DNA from: Escherichia coli
Lineage (GTDB): Bacteria; Pseudomonadota; Gammaproteobacteria; Enterobacterales; Enterobacteriaceae
DNA: 64,000 nt
NCBI RefSeq assembly: GCF_002854065.1
Contig: NZ_CP024153.1
Strand: one strand, 5' to 3'
The notes beneath the pieces are model-generated. The model made no database searches, was not told the origin of the DNA, and saw nothing but the letters and a program-made list of their open reading frames with translations. This document shows positions 50,244 to 62,149 of the stretch, piece by piece (within the stretch, counting starts at the first letter, position 1; each line of letters begins with the position of its first letter). The position numbers and the translations under genes are program-made.

Positions 50244-51239
50244 TTGTACATACCAGGAGATTACATGCAGGCACCCGGTATACCGGAGAATGAAGAACAG
50301 AGGCTGAAGTCCCTGTATATTACCGGCCTTCTTGATACCCGTGACGATGAGCGTTTTGAACGCCTGACGCGGCTGGCCCGTAAAGCCTTTCAGGTCCCGG
50401 TGGCCCTGATAAGCCTGCTGGATCGCGAGCGCCAGTGGCTCCTCGCCTGCCAGGGCGTCGGCGTGCGCGAAACCCCGCGTAACATCTCGTTCTGCGGGCA
50501 TGCCATTCTGCAGGAGGGGCCCTTCATTGTTCACGACGCAGCTGCTGATGAGCGGTTCCGTGACAATCCCCTGGTCACCGGTGAGCCCCACATCCGGTTC
50601 TACGCCGGCCAGCCGGTGAGCCTGCCCGACGGCACGGTGGCCGGCACGCTGTGCCTGATCCACACCGTTCCCCGCGCCTTCACGGATGATGACATTGCGT
50701 CCCTCCGGGATCTGGCCTGTATCGTGGAAGACGAATTCGAGGCCATCAGCATGGCCATGACGGACAGCCTGACGGGCATTCCCAACCGGCGCGGGTTTTA
50801 CCGCGCCGGCGAAAAACTCTTCCGCGCGATGAACCGGCAGGATGCGTCGTTCAGCCTCATCTATTTCGATCTGGACAGGTTCAAACCGGTGAACGATCTC
50901 TGGGGGCACGCAGAGGGAGACGAGGTGCTGAAGGTTTTTGCCGGCTTTTTACATCAGCACCTCGAACCGGGCGAAATAGCAGGCCGCCTCGGCGGGGATG
51001 AGTTTGCCGCCCTGATCCGGCGAAACGGGAACACGAGTTCTTTTCTGCACGCGCTGAGTGCCAGTTTGGATCATTACAATGACACCTCGGGCAAGCCCTA
51101 CAACATCAATTATTCCTTTGGCGAACTGATCAATAACGCAGACCAGTACGCGACGCTGGCGGAAATGATCGGCAAATGTGACGAAGTGATGTACCTGAAG
51201 AAAAAACGAAAGACCCTGTCGCGGAAAGCAGAACCGTGA
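50244..51239 (+). CDS. GAF-domain diguanylate cyclase (GGDEF)
   Basis: N-terminal GAF-like region; C-terminal ...RLGGDEFAAL... GGDEF active-site motif. Confidence 0.85.
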   Translation: MYIPGDYMQAPGIPENEEQRLKSLYITGLLDTRDDERFERLTRLARKAFQVPVALISLLDRERQWLLACQGVGVRETPRNISFCGHAILQEGPFIVHDAAADERFRDNPLVTGEPHIRFYAGQPVSLPDGTVAGTLCLIHTVPRAFTDDDIASLRDLACIVEDEFEAISMAMTDSLTGIPNRRGFYRAGEKLFRAMNRQDASFSLIYFDLDRFKPVNDLWGHAEGDEVLKVFAGFLHQHLEPGEIAGRLGGDEFAALIRRNGNTSSFLHALSASLDHYNDTSGKPYNINYSFGELINNADQYATLAEMIGKCDEVMYLKKKRKTLSRKAEP

Positions 51240-51808
51240 CGTTCTCCTTCCCGGCTGATCCCCTGCCCCGGGGTTCAGCCGGACGGCAGGAACAATATAT
51301 TTAACCTCATGGCGCATAAAGTCATTTATATTTGCTCATGGCGCAATAATCCTCTCATCGCAACAATTACTCGTTTTTTGTGTCCATGCTGCAAAAATTC
51401 CTCTCTTCCTCTCCCGAGATCCGAAAAAAGGTAGTCCCGGATCTCTGCGAACCCCACCGGCGCGCAGCGGCCCGACAACACAAGATGTAGCGGTGTTTCC
51501 AGCTGATAGTGACGCCATATGTTGTGTCCCTCTCCTGCCCCGTGACCCGGCGCGCAGCATCAGAAAACAGTGCTTCGCTTACTTCCTGACCGTGATAAAC
51601 TTCCGGAAACTTCGCTAAATGTGAAAAGTCGGATCTGCCGGAAACGGTCATTCGGTAATTTAACAGCGTTGCTATATGGCTGCTTATTATCAGTCAAAAA
51701 AATAATTACAGTATGGGAAATTCATCCAGGTGACAGATGCAGGATTGTGCTCAGCTAATTATACCTTGCGTCATAATTACACTTAGTGACTATTTATTAG
51801 GAGGCTAA

Positions 51809-52105
51809 ATGCACGCATCAATGGTTCATGTCTGGGAGTATCTGACACGTTGTGGTCATAAATTTCTATGGCTAAAAATTAACCCTCTACCTCCAGGATA
51901 TACCGGTTCGGTATACAGAGCGCAGTTTGAAATTTACAGCGCGTCGGGCCGTATTCTGGTCACGCTTGATGTGCACAGACAGCAATGGGTGTGTTCAGCA
52001 AACAATCCTCGCCGTGAACCTGCTGATAAAAACGGGGTCATGCTTGATAGCGGTATACCTCTGGATAGAAACCTCGCATCACATTATGCAAAACAGGGGT
52101 ACTGA
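51809..52105 (+). CDS. Hypothetical small protein (98 aa)
   Basis: Strong RBS (AGGAGG) 7 bp upstream of ATG; no recognisable motif. Confidence 0.5.
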   Translation: MHASMVHVWEYLTRCGHKFLWLKINPLPPGYTGSVYRAQFEIYSASGRILVTLDVHRQQWVCSANNPRREPADKNGVMLDSGIPLDRNLASHYAKQGY

Positions 52106-52169
52106 ATGAATCTAACCCTGGTACAAGCACTGGCAGATGCCTGGCGGGATTTCTCAATAAGGATCAAAC

Positions 52170-52841
52170 ATGGCTGACTGGTTTATTGCGACTGAGGGCG
52201 TGAAGGTGGTGAAGGACAGTGCCAGCCTGTGGCCGCAGATCGTTACGGCTATTTCCTCTGCCGGCGCAGCCCTGGTGGGTGTTGCTCTCACACACCGTTT
52301 TACCCGCAGGCGTGAAGAAGCTACTGCTGCACGTAAACGTTACGATGAATTGTACTTTATATCTACCGAGCTAGTTTTTCTGCTGGAGCGTTTTGCACAA
52401 CGCTGTGTTTATTCTGCTAATGAATCAGGGGAATATGACCAAGATGGACGTATTAGGATTGAGTATTCTTTACCTGAAATCAATTTCGAGTCCATTACTG
52501 GGGACTGGCGTTCTCTGCCACCAGGATTGATGTACAGACTTGCTGAATTGCCAGTCATCTGCAGGGAAGCCGCGAGTTCTATAAGTGCGGCGTTCAATGA
52601 AGATACTCCCTTCGATGGATCGTATGGAATTTTCGAACTTAACAGGCAGTCTGCAAGACTCGGATTAAAAGCAATACGTTTATCCCGTTGGCTACGTCAG
52701 CTATGCGATATGCCTGGGGACAGGTTGTCTGACGACCGTTGGTCGGCATGGAGTGTTTTGTATCGGAAGCGCTGGGAGCATATTAGGAATAATAACAATG
52801 TTCACCGCCGATATAAACGGTTGCCTGATGTTACTGAGTAG
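52170..52841 (+). CDS. Hypothetical membrane-anchored protein (223 aa, one N-terminal TM helix)
   Basis: RBS (AGGA) upstream; hydrophobic segment LWPQIVTAISSAGAALVGVAL; ends 19 bp before the recombinase gene. Confidence 0.55.
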   Translation: MADWFIATEGVKVVKDSASLWPQIVTAISSAGAALVGVALTHRFTRRREEATAARKRYDELYFISTELVFLLERFAQRCVYSANESGEYDQDGRIRIEYSLPEINFESITGDWRSLPPGLMYRLAELPVICREAASSISAAFNEDTPFDGSYGIFELNRQSARLGLKAIRLSRWLRQLCDMPGDRLSDDRWSAWSVLYRKRWEHIRNNNNVHRRYKRLPDVTE

Positions 52842-52860
52842 ATGGCTCAGGAGTTAGACT

Positions 52861-53649
52861 ATGAATAATAATTTCCCGGCAGGTATCAGGGATAACACAC
52901 GGAACACCTCGATGAATCTGCCAGTAGCCATCGATTACCCTGCCGCTCTCGCCCTGCGTCAGATGGCGCTCGTGCAGGATGAACTCCCGAAATACCTGCT
53001 GGCGCCGGAAGTCAGCGCCCTGCTCCATTACGTGCCGGATCTTCACCGCAAGATGCTGCTGGCGACGCTGTGGAACACCGGCGCGCGCATTAATGAAGCG
53101 CTCGCGCTGACCCGGGGGGATTTTTCGCTGGCGCCGCCGTATCCTTTCGTGCAGCTGGCCACGCTCAAGCAGCGCACCGAGAAAGCGGCCAGGACGGCAG
53201 GTCGTGCCCCCGCAGGCAGTCAGGTCCATCGTCTGGTTCCCCTTTCCGATCACCACTACGTCAGTCAGCTGCAGATGATGGTGGCCACCCTGAAAATTCC
53301 CCTCGAAAGACGAAACAAACGCACCGGCAGAATGGAGAAGGCGCGTATCTGGGAGATCACAGACCGAACCGTCCGCACCTGGCTTAGCGAAGCGGTGGAA
53401 GCCGCAGCGGCCGACGGGGTGACGTTCTCAGTACCGGTGACCCCCCATACGTTCCGTCACTCCTACGCGATGCACATGCTGTATGCCGGCATACCACTGA
53501 AGGTTTTGCAGAGCCTGATGGGCCACAAATCGATTAGCTCGACGGAAGTCTATACGAAGGTGTTTGCACTTGATGTTGCTGCGCGGCATCGAGTTCAGTT
53601 TCAGATGCCCGAAGCGGATGCGGTAGCCATGCTGAAAGGGAATATTTAA
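52861..53649 (+). CDS. Tyrosine site-specific recombinase (phage-integrase/XerD-like, possibly ResD-type resolvase)
   Basis: C-terminal ...HTFRHSYAMHML...GHKSISSTEVYTKV... catalytic R-H-R-Y signature. Confidence 0.85.
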   Translation: MNNNFPAGIRDNTRNTSMNLPVAIDYPAALALRQMALVQDELPKYLLAPEVSALLHYVPDLHRKMLLATLWNTGARINEALALTRGDFSLAPPYPFVQLATLKQRTEKAARTAGRAPAGSQVHRLVPLSDHHYVSQLQMMVATLKIPLERRNKRTGRMEKARIWEITDRTVRTWLSEAVEAAAADGVTFSVPVTPHTFRHSYAMHMLYAGIPLKVLQSLMGHKSISSTEVYTKVFALDVAARHRVQFQMPEADAVAMLKGNI

Positions 53650-53706
53650 GTACTTAGGAGAATGATGCTGGCGAACGTCATGCTCGCCGGTGAGGTCTGT
53701 CAGAAG

Positions 53707-53898
53707 TTATCTGGACCAGCTGACGGGAATATCTGCTCTGTATTCCTCATACTGCTCATAGATCGCATGCTGAAGCATCGTAATACGTTCTGACAACCTG
53801 TTGGCGTCCGACATATGCCGCCATTCCCCCTCAATAGTGGTTTTCTGTCCATCCGGGAGATTGAGCGTGATCAATACCTTTGTATCACGAATAATCAC
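53707..53898 (-). CDS. Hypothetical small protein (63 aa)
   Basis: ORF only; no motif recognised. Confidence 0.3.
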   Translation of the reverse strand: MIIRDTKVLITLNLPDGQKTTIEGEWRHMSDANRLSERITMLQHAIYEQYEEYRADIPVSWSR

Positions 53899-53942
53899 CC
53901 CGTCAGTGAAAGAATTAAGACCACTGAATCGCCACGGATAAT

Positions 53943-54755
53943 CTAGACACTTCCGAGCCGTTGATAATACTGGTTTTCATATTCTGTCGGTGACATCTGT
54001 TCGCTAGAACCATGCCGACGCTTACTGTTATAAAACATTTCGATGTAATCAAAAATATCACTGCGGGCTTCTTCCCGCGTTCCGTAGATCTTTTTCTTTA
54101 TCCGTTCGCGTTTCAACAACTGGAAAAAGCTTTCTGCAACCGCATTATCATGGCAGTTACCGCGACGGCTCATGCTGCCCTCCAGGCCGTGTGATTTCAG
54201 GAACGACTGCCATTCATGGCTTGTGTACTGACTGCCCTGATCCGAATGAACCAGCACCTGTTTTTGGGGATTACGCCGCCATACAGCCATCAGCAGTGCG
54301 TTCAGGACAATGTCTTTTGTCATCCGGGACTGCATGGACCAGCCGATAATTTTGTGTGAGAACAGATCAACAACCACGGCAAGATACAGCCAGCCTTCGT
54401 GGGTCCTTATGTAGGTTATGTCCGTTACCCAACGCTCATCCGGAGCATCCGGATTGAACTGTCGCTGAAGCCTGTTGGGCGACACGATACTGGCCTCGCC
54501 TTTACGAGCCCGCGGGCTCCGGTATCCGACCTGAGCCTTTATCCCGATACGTTTCATCAGTCGCCAGACTCTGTTCACTCCGCACTGTTGCCCGCTGTCC
54601 CGCAGATCTAAATGGATTTTGCGATAACCATAGACGCATCCCGATTCCAGCCAGAACTGTTTAATCTGTCCTGTCAGTCTCAGGTCTGCCTGATGGCGTT
54701 GTGAATGCGGCTGCTGAAGCCAGGCGTAAAAACCACTGGGATGAACATCCAGCAC
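53943..54755 (-). pseudogene. IS3-family transposase OrfB (DDE integrase domain); upstream orfA region interrupted by IS30
   Basis: 270 aa with ...WVTDITYIRT...LAVVVDLFSHKIIGWSM...HSDQGSQYTS... IS3-family DDE motifs. Confidence 0.8.
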
Positions 54756-54841
54756 CCGACAGAGCAGGCGAACAGGCCAGCAACAGGTGTTTTCACGGAT
54801 AAAGGCGTACCTCAGTCGGACAGCTTTGCGAAGTACGCCGC

Positions 54842-56062
54842 TGTAGATTCAATCTGTCAATGCAACACCCCTTTCAATTATCTCTTTCGGTGTTTTGAAC
54901 TTCAGTGTCTTTCTCGGTCTGTTGTTTAGCTGAGCAGCAACCAGATCTAGTTCATGTTGAGTATATTGGGCAAGACATGTCTTTTTAGGAAAGTACTGCC
55001 GAATTAGCCCATTTGTGTTCTCATTTGTTCCCCGCTGCCAAGGACTCTGAGGATCGCAGAAGTAAACTTTAACGCCGGTGCTGACAGTAAATTCTAGATG
55101 TCTGGCCAGTTCCATTCCTCTGTCCCATGTCAGTGATTTTCTGAGTTCTGACGGTAAACTCAGGAATTTGTCGGTAAGAGCCTGATTTACTGAGACAGAA
55201 TCTTTGCCCCTGAGTCTAAGGATGATCGTATAACGTGATTTTCGGTCTACAAGTGTGGCTATATGAGAGTTTTTTGTACCTGAGACTAAATCGCCCTCCC
55301 AATGCCCCAGAGAGCGTCTGTTATCGATATTTCGGGAACGTTCGTGAATTGGTGTTCCGTTCACTATGTTAATCGTACCTCTTTCGCCTTTGCGGGTATG
55401 ACGCCTGCCATGGCGAAGGCTATGCGACCGTCGCAGATGCTGTATATTCAGGTGGTGTAGCGCTTCACGGCTACGAAAGTACAGCGTTTTATAAATTGTC
55501 TCAGGTGATATTCGCAGCGTTTTTTGACGTGGTTTTGTTCGCCTTAACCATCCTGATATTTGCTCTGGAGACCATTTCATCTCCAGCTTTTCCAGAACAA
55601 GCTTTCGCAATGGTAAATTTTGATCCAGTAAGCACGGTTTTGGCCTTTTCGCCATTCTGTTGGCTCGGTTATTAGCATCAACAGCTTTGTAATAGCGTCT
55701 GCCCCGATTACGCTGAACTTCACGTGAGATCGTCGAAGGACTGCGATTCAGCGCAGTAGCTATCGCACGAATGCTCATTTTGGCTGACAAACCAGCTCGT
55801 ATCTCCTCGCGCTCAGACAGTGTCAGGTGAGCTACAGCCCGCTTACGCTCATGGGGTTTTATGCCGCCAGTATCCCTTAACATAGTGAAGATCGTTCCGG
55901 GTTTTGAACCCAGGATATTCGCTATTTCACTGAAGCCTGTTCCGTTCTTCCATAGTTCAAAAACAGAGGCTTTTTCCTCTGCTGTAAATGTTCATCTCAT
56001 TCAAAAAACCTCCGCAACCCCATGTTTTCACATAACTGTTGCGTTGACCAATTGAATCTACA
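54842..56062 (-). mobile_element. IS30 (1221 bp)
   Basis: Terminal repeats TGTAGATTCAAT...; no matching 2-bp target duplication (GC left, GG right). Confidence 0.9.
54849..56000 (-). pseudogene. IS30 transposase with TGA at codon 3 (ATG AGA TGA); 344-aa ORF resumes at internal Met
   Basis: Recalled IS30 Tnp begins MRRTFTAEEK...; window reads M R stop T F T A E E K in the same frame. Confidence 0.7.
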
Positions 56063-57150
56063 GGGCGGATTTCCACACAGCACCGGCGCCCGGCAAGGTG
56101 GGCCGATTTCCACACAGCACCGGTGCGCGGCAAGGTGGGCCGATTTCCACACAGCACCGGCGCCCGGCAAGGTGGGCTGATTCCCACACGGCACCGGCGC
56201 CCGGCAAGGTGGGCGGATTTCCACACAGCACCGGCGCGCGGCAAGGTGGGCTGATTCCCACACGGCACCGGCGCCCGGTAAGGTGGGCGGATTTCCACAC
56301 GGCACCGGCGCCCGGTAAGGTGGGCGGATTTCCACACAGCACCGGCGCCCGGCAAGGTGGGCTGATTCCCACACGGCACCGGCGTCCGGTAAGGTGGGCG
56401 GATTTCCACACAGCACCGGCGCGCGGCAAGGTGGGCCGATTTCCACACGGCACCGGCGCCCGGCAAGGTGGGCGGATTTCCACACGGCACCGGCGCCCGG
56501 TAAGGTGGGCTGATTCCCACACGGCACCGGCGCCCGGCAAGGTGGGCTGATTCCCACACGGCACCGGCGCCCGGTAAGGTGGGCGGATTTCCACACAGCA
56601 CCGGCGCGCGGCAAGGTGGGCTGATTCCCACACGGCACCGGCGTCCGGTAAGGTGGGCGGATTTCCACACAGCACCGGCGCGCGGCAAGGTGGGCTGATT
56701 CCCACACGGCACCGGCGCCCGGTAAGGTGGGCGGATTTCCACACGGCACCGGCGCCCGGCAAGGTGGGCTGATTCCCACACGGCACCGGCGCCCGGCAAG
56801 GTGGGCTGATTCCCACACGGCACCGGCGCCCGGTAAGGTGGGCTGATTCCCACACAGCACCGGCGCCCGGCAAGGTGGGCTGATTCCCACACGGCACCGG
56901 CGCCCGGCAAAGTGGGCGGATTTCCACACAGCACCGGCGCCCGGTAAGGTGGGCGGATTTCCACACAGCACCGGCGCCCGGCAAGGTGGGCTGATTCCCA
57001 CACGGCACCGGCGCCCGGTAAGGTGGGCGGATTTCCACACAGCACCGGCGCGCGGCAAGGTGGGCCGATTTCCACACAGCACCGGCGCCCGGCAAGGTGG
57101 GCGGATTTCCACACAGCACCGGCGCGCGGCAAGGTGGGCCGATTCCCATA
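56063..57150. repeat. Tandem array of ~29 copies of a 37-bp GC-rich repeat (consensus GGGCNGATTYCCACACRGCACCGGYGCSCGGYAAGGT)
   Basis: Period and copy variants read directly; begins exactly at the IS30 end. Confidence 0.9.
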
Positions 57151-57774
57151 TCGACATGTATGTAGCTTGTGTTATCCGTGGATTGTGCAGCTCAGCTGGT
57201 CGTATGGCGGAGTGTCCCCCGTAACCGGCCGCGTGCGGCCGCTAACGCGCAGTACGGCCCCCCCCGTGGGGGACGTGCGGCAGCTGCGTGGCGGTGAGCG
57301 GGATTAGGGCTTTGCAGCTACCGTGTTAAGTTCCCTGGTGTCGCTGAAAGAGTTGATGAACATCCCCCTAAGCGTCAGCAGCAAGCTGCCGCCGCTAAGT
57401 CCCCGGAAATCACGCCCTTTACGTCGTAAACGCCGTAAAGCCCGCTCACCGGGGTTAAAAGGGATTACTTTGACTTCTTCATTGCTGTTCGCGAGTTAAG
57501 GCTAATCAGGGCAGGGGGTAGGGTGGCAGAATTTATAGCCCGGCAACGGGCTACGCCGGGCTTTCGGCGCCATTTTACAACACAGACACATGTAACCTCA
57601 TCTGGCGCCTCCATGCCGCTGACGCGGCATTCAGAAGCTTCCCAATGCTGTAGGTTTTAACATCTGCTTTATGTCAGAAGCGGATGGTTCAGAAGCCAGC
57701 AGTTTCCAATAACAGATATAGTATCGAACCGGATACTCATGATTTTTGGGTGACGCTGCCAACTTACTGATTTA

Positions 57775-58080
57775 GTGTATGATGGTGTTTTTGAGGTGCT
57801 CCAGTGGCTTCTGTTTCTATCAGCTGTCCCTCCTGTTCAGCTACTGACCGGGGTGGTGCGTAACGGCAAAAGCACTGCCGGACATCAGCGCTATCTCTGC
57901 TCTCACTGCCGTAAAACATGGCAACTGCAGTTCACTTACACCGCTTCTCAACCCGGTACGCACCAGAAAATCATTGATATGGCCATGAATGGCGTTGGAT
58001 GCCGGGCAACTGCCCGCATTATGGGCGTTAGCCTCAACACGATTTTACGTCACTTAAAAAACTCAGGCCGCAGTCGGTAA
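57775..58080 (+). pseudogene. insA: IS1 insA with frameshift near the 5' end (canonical GTG-start frame stops after 19 codons)
   Basis: Window has CTGACCGGGG where canonical IS1 is recalled as CTGACGGGG; ORF track protein has a non-canonical 27-aa N-terminus lacking the first CxxC of the zinc finger. Confidence 0.7.
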
Positions 58081-58124
58081 CCTCGCGCATACAGCCGGGC
58101 AGTGACGTCATCGTCTGCGCGGAA

Positions 58125-58502
58125 ATGGACGAACAGTGGGGATACGTCGGGGCTAAATCGCGCCAGCGCTGGCTGTTTTACGCGTATGACAGGCTCCGGA
58201 AGACGGTTGATGCGCACGTATTCGGTGAACGCACTATGGCGACGCTGGGGCGTCTTATGAGCCTGCTGTCACCCTTTGACGTGGTGATATGGATGACGGA
58301 TGGCTGGCCGCTATATGAATCCCGCCTGAAGGGAAAGCTGCACGTAATCAGCAAGCGATATACGCAGCGAATTGAGCGGCATAACCTGAATCTGAGGCAG
58401 CACCTGGCACGGCTGGGACGGAAGTCGCTGTCGTTCTCAAAATCGGTGGAGCTGCATGACAAAGTCATCGGGCATTATCTGAACATAAAACACTATCAAT
58501 AA
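58125..58502 (+). CDS. insB: IS1 InsB reading frame (normally expressed as InsAB' by frameshifting)
   Basis: 125 aa [22 protein letters not shown]... Confidence 0.85.
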   Translation: MDEQWGYVGAKSRQRWLFYAYDRLRKTVDAHVFGERTMATLGRLMSLLSPFDVVIWMTDGWPLYESRLKGKLHVISKRYTQRIERHNLNLRQHLARLGRKSLSFSKSVELHDKVIGHYLNIKHYQ

Positions 58503-59366
<864 letters not shown>

Positions 59367-59536
59367 CCACTTCAAACATGCTTCGTTCAGATCCCAACAG
59401 AGTTTTCACCATCGCCTGTAACAGCCGTCCTGCTGCGTGATTACTCCGCTCAACGGGTTGCTGGCGACAAGTCAATACCTGTTCGTGACAGGTATTGATT
59501 GAACCGTTGTCCCTAACTAATAATGTGCCGACGATG

Positions 59537-59750
59537 CAGGTGGGACCGTGGTCCCAGGGAGATAACCTGACCGGCGATACAGGTGGGACCGTGGTCCCAG
59601 GGAGATAACCTGACCGGCGATACAGGTGGGACCGTGGTCCCAGGGAGATAACCTGACCGGCGATACAGGTGGGACCGTGGTCCCAGGGAGATAACCTGAG
59701 CGGCGATACAGATGGGACCGTGGTCCCAGAGAGAATATTCAGGCCAGTTA
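59537..59750. repeat. sopC: sopC-like centromere: about 5 tandem 43-bp repeats each containing the inverted repeat TGGGACCGTGGTCCCA
   Basis: Read directly; immediately downstream of sopB as in F plasmid. Confidence 0.85.
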
Positions 59751-59817
59751 TGTTTTCTGGCCTGTGAGAAAGGAAATGAAGTAAAGGGAGATCACCGTAG
59801 ACTAAAGCGTGTCCGCA

Positions 59818-60789
59818 TCAGACTCCTGGTTTCTCAAGCTCCTTAAGAATGGCTTCTATTTTCTCTATACACTCCGCAGGAATGCGGGACCTATCCAGGT
59901 TAAGCACCATTTTATCGCCCTTATACAATGCTGTTGCCCCTGGAGCAAACTGATGACGTGAGCTCAGATTAACTCTTGATGCGGGGGATTGTTTCAGTAC
60001 GGATGTTAAAAGACTAATGACCTCTTCAGCTTCAAAGATTAGTCCCGCTTTCTTCTGATCGTGGAGAGTCTCAGCCTGCTGCTTCAGTAATTCTTCTTTA
60101 TCTGCAAAAGCCTTCTGAAGGGCTTCACCTGACCGGGCAGACAGTTCTCCAGGATGTGCAAACAGGGCAACAACGGATTTAGGCAATTTGGCCGTATTGA
60201 TACAGCGGGTAATGATCTTACGAGAGATGTTTTCCGCATCGGCAAGCGCAGAAATATTTCCTGCAAACTCATTCTGCAGCCGGCTTGTATAACGCAGGCC
60301 ACGTTCATAAGCACTCGTCGGCCGATAATCGTTACCCAGTCGGGACAATGCAGCCATCTGCTCATCGTCCAGTTCACCAACCAGAACGCGATAATCACTT
60401 TCCGTCAGGATTGCGGCTTTACGGCGACGGCTGCCGTCGGCAATTTCTATGACATCAGAAACCCGGCGGCCGAAAGCTGGAGTCTGCTGACCGGTCAGTA
60501 AAAATGAAGGAATGAGATCATCCAGAGCATCTTCGGTAAGTAGTTCCTGATCGCGCTCATTGCCTGACCATACGCGTGAAGCGCTCTCAACAGAGTCTCC
60601 CCGGAGCACCTCAAGGGTAAATTTTACTTCCCGTCCACATACCGGAAGAGAGATTGCATTACCGCGGGCCATAGCACCCACGCGCGCAATTAATGAATCC
60701 ACCATCGGCGCGGCCGGCGCCGGTGATGAAGTATCTTCAGTCGATTGAGTATGTGTGGTATGTCTTGGAATGACAGGAGCACGCTTCAT
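59818..60789 (-). CDS. sopB: SopB/ParB centromere-binding partition protein
   Basis: 323-aa ORF immediately downstream of sopA and upstream of sopC repeats. Confidence 0.88.
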   Translation of the reverse strand: MKRAPVIPRHTTHTQSTEDTSSPAPAAPMVDSLIARVGAMARGNAISLPVCGREVKFTLEVLRGDSVESASRVWSGNERDQELLTEDALDDLIPSFLLTGQQTPAFGRRVSDVIEIADGSRRRKAAILTESDYRVLVGELDDEQMAALSRLGNDYRPTSAYERGLRYTSRLQNEFAGNISALADAENISRKIITRCINTAKLPKSVVALFAHPGELSARSGEALQKAFADKEELLKQQAETLHDQKKAGLIFEAEEVISLLTSVLKQSPASRVNLSSRHQFAPGATALYKGDKMVLNLDRSRIPAECIEKIEAILKELEKPGV

Positions 60790-61964
60790 TATCTAATCTC
60801 CCAGCGTGGTTTAATCAGACGATCAAAAATCTCATTGCAAACAGGCTCCCAGATAGAGAGGGCATTACGCCAGGCACCGGTTGAAGAACGTTGATCAATA
60901 GCCTGTTCAAAAACGGTTCTCATACGGATCTGACCTTTACCGACTTCATCCGTTTCGCGCACAACATTTTTAAGGACCATGCTTCCCCAGGCATCCCGAA
61001 TTTGTTCTTCCATCCACGGGGACTGTGAGCCATTATTATTACTGTATTTGGTAAGCAGAATACGGACATCTGGCTCGAAGCCTTTAAGATCCACGTTCTT
61101 AAGCAGGTCACGAAGCATATCGAAAAACTGCAGTGCGGAGGTGTAGTCGAACAGCTCTGCCGGAGTAGGGACAATCAGAACATCAGCAGCGCATACAACA
61201 TTTATCGTACCGATACCAAGGTTAGGTGCACTGTCGATAACTATCACGTCATAATCATGAGCGACAGTTTCAATGGCCAGACGGAGCATCAGGTGCGGGT
61301 CAGCAGGTAATTTGCCTTCGTCAAATTTCCCCATCAGCTCGGTTTCAATGCGGTGCAGTGCCAGACAGGACGGGATGATATCAAGGCCAGGCCAGCAGGT
61401 GGGCTTTATAGCGTAGCTGGCGTCATCCTTTTCCCCAAGATAAAAGGGTAGGAGAGTGTCCTCAGCATGAATATGAAGATCGGGCACCCATCCGTGATAC
61501 ATAGAAGCAGTTCCCTGTGGGTCATTGCCTTCAACAAGCAGAACACGGAGTCCTTTCAGAGCAAGATCCTGAGCCAGGTGAACGGATACTGAGGTTTTGT
61601 AAACACCACCTTTGTGAGCTGCAACGCCAATCACCGGCGGAAACGCATCTTCAGCACGGCGCAGTCGTGTACCAAATACATCCCGCATGTGATTGATTTG
61701 TTCGATGGTATAACCAACGCGTTGCTCAACTCTCCCACGGGTTTCCATATCAGGGTGCGGCAGCCGGCCAGCTTTCTCGGCATCCCTGATAGCCTGAGAT
61801 GACACGCCAACTAAATCTGCCGCTTCACCAATCCTCCAGCGCCGGGTTATTTTCCGGGCTTCCGGACTGTCATCATTAAACTGTGCAATGGCGATTGCTT
61901 TCGTCATTTCATGACCAGCACTTATGCACTGGTTGAGTGTATCCATGAGTCCCATACTGAACAT
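60789..61964 (-). CDS. sopA: SopA/ParA type Ia partition ATPase (F-plasmid-like)
   Basis: Near-identical to recalled F SopA: ...[55 protein letters not shown]...; Walker A KGGVYKTS. Confidence 0.9.
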   Translation of the reverse strand: MFSMGLMDTLNQCISAGHEMTKAIAIAQFNDDSPEARKITRRWRIGEAADLVGVSSQAIRDAEKAGRLPHPDMETRGRVEQRVGYTIEQINHMRDVFGTRLRRAEDAFPPVIGVAAHKGGVYKTSVSVHLAQDLALKGLRVLLVEGNDPQGTASMYHGWVPDLHIHAEDTLLPFYLGEKDDASYAIKPTCWPGLDIIPSCLALHRIETELMGKFDEGKLPADPHLMLRLAIETVAHDYDVIVIDSAPNLGIGTINVVCAADVLIVPTPAELFDYTSALQFFDMLRDLLKNVDLKGFEPDVRILLTKYSNNNGSQSPWMEEQIRDAWGSMVLKNVVRETDEVGKGQIRMRTVFEQAIDQRSSTGAWRNALSIWEPVCNEIFDRLIKPRWEIR

Positions 61965-62149
61965 CCTTTAACCATCACTTTGCATTATTTTATTAAATCT
62001 TGGAATTTATTGCAAAGCAACAATAAAATCGCAAAGCACACGAAAAAGTGCAAAGTGAACCACATTGGCTAATGAAAGAACGCAGGGGATTACAAAAGAG
62101 TACATACTGCAGTCAATATTAATCACTGCCGCTCGCCGCAGTAAGCGAT

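Noticed and set aside
51336-51758. Small ORFs (51336-51560, 51367-51651, 51570-51758) between the GGDEF gene and the 98-aa ORF
   Set aside because: Overlapping, no RBS, no motifs; treated as intergenic.
56063-57150. Possible CRISPR array (37-bp repeats) and the 43-bp array at 59537-59750
   Set aside because: Repeats are contiguous with no unique spacers and no cas genes; the 43-bp array is a sopC-type centromere and the 37-bp array is iteron-like.
55957-57307. Several long ORFs (about 360-390 aa on the minus strand, 90-150 aa on the plus strand) running through the 37-bp tandem-repeat array
   Set aside because: They are periodic translations of a GC-rich repeat with no stop codons; because 37 is not a multiple of 3, all three frames stay open. 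No start context, no protein-like composition.
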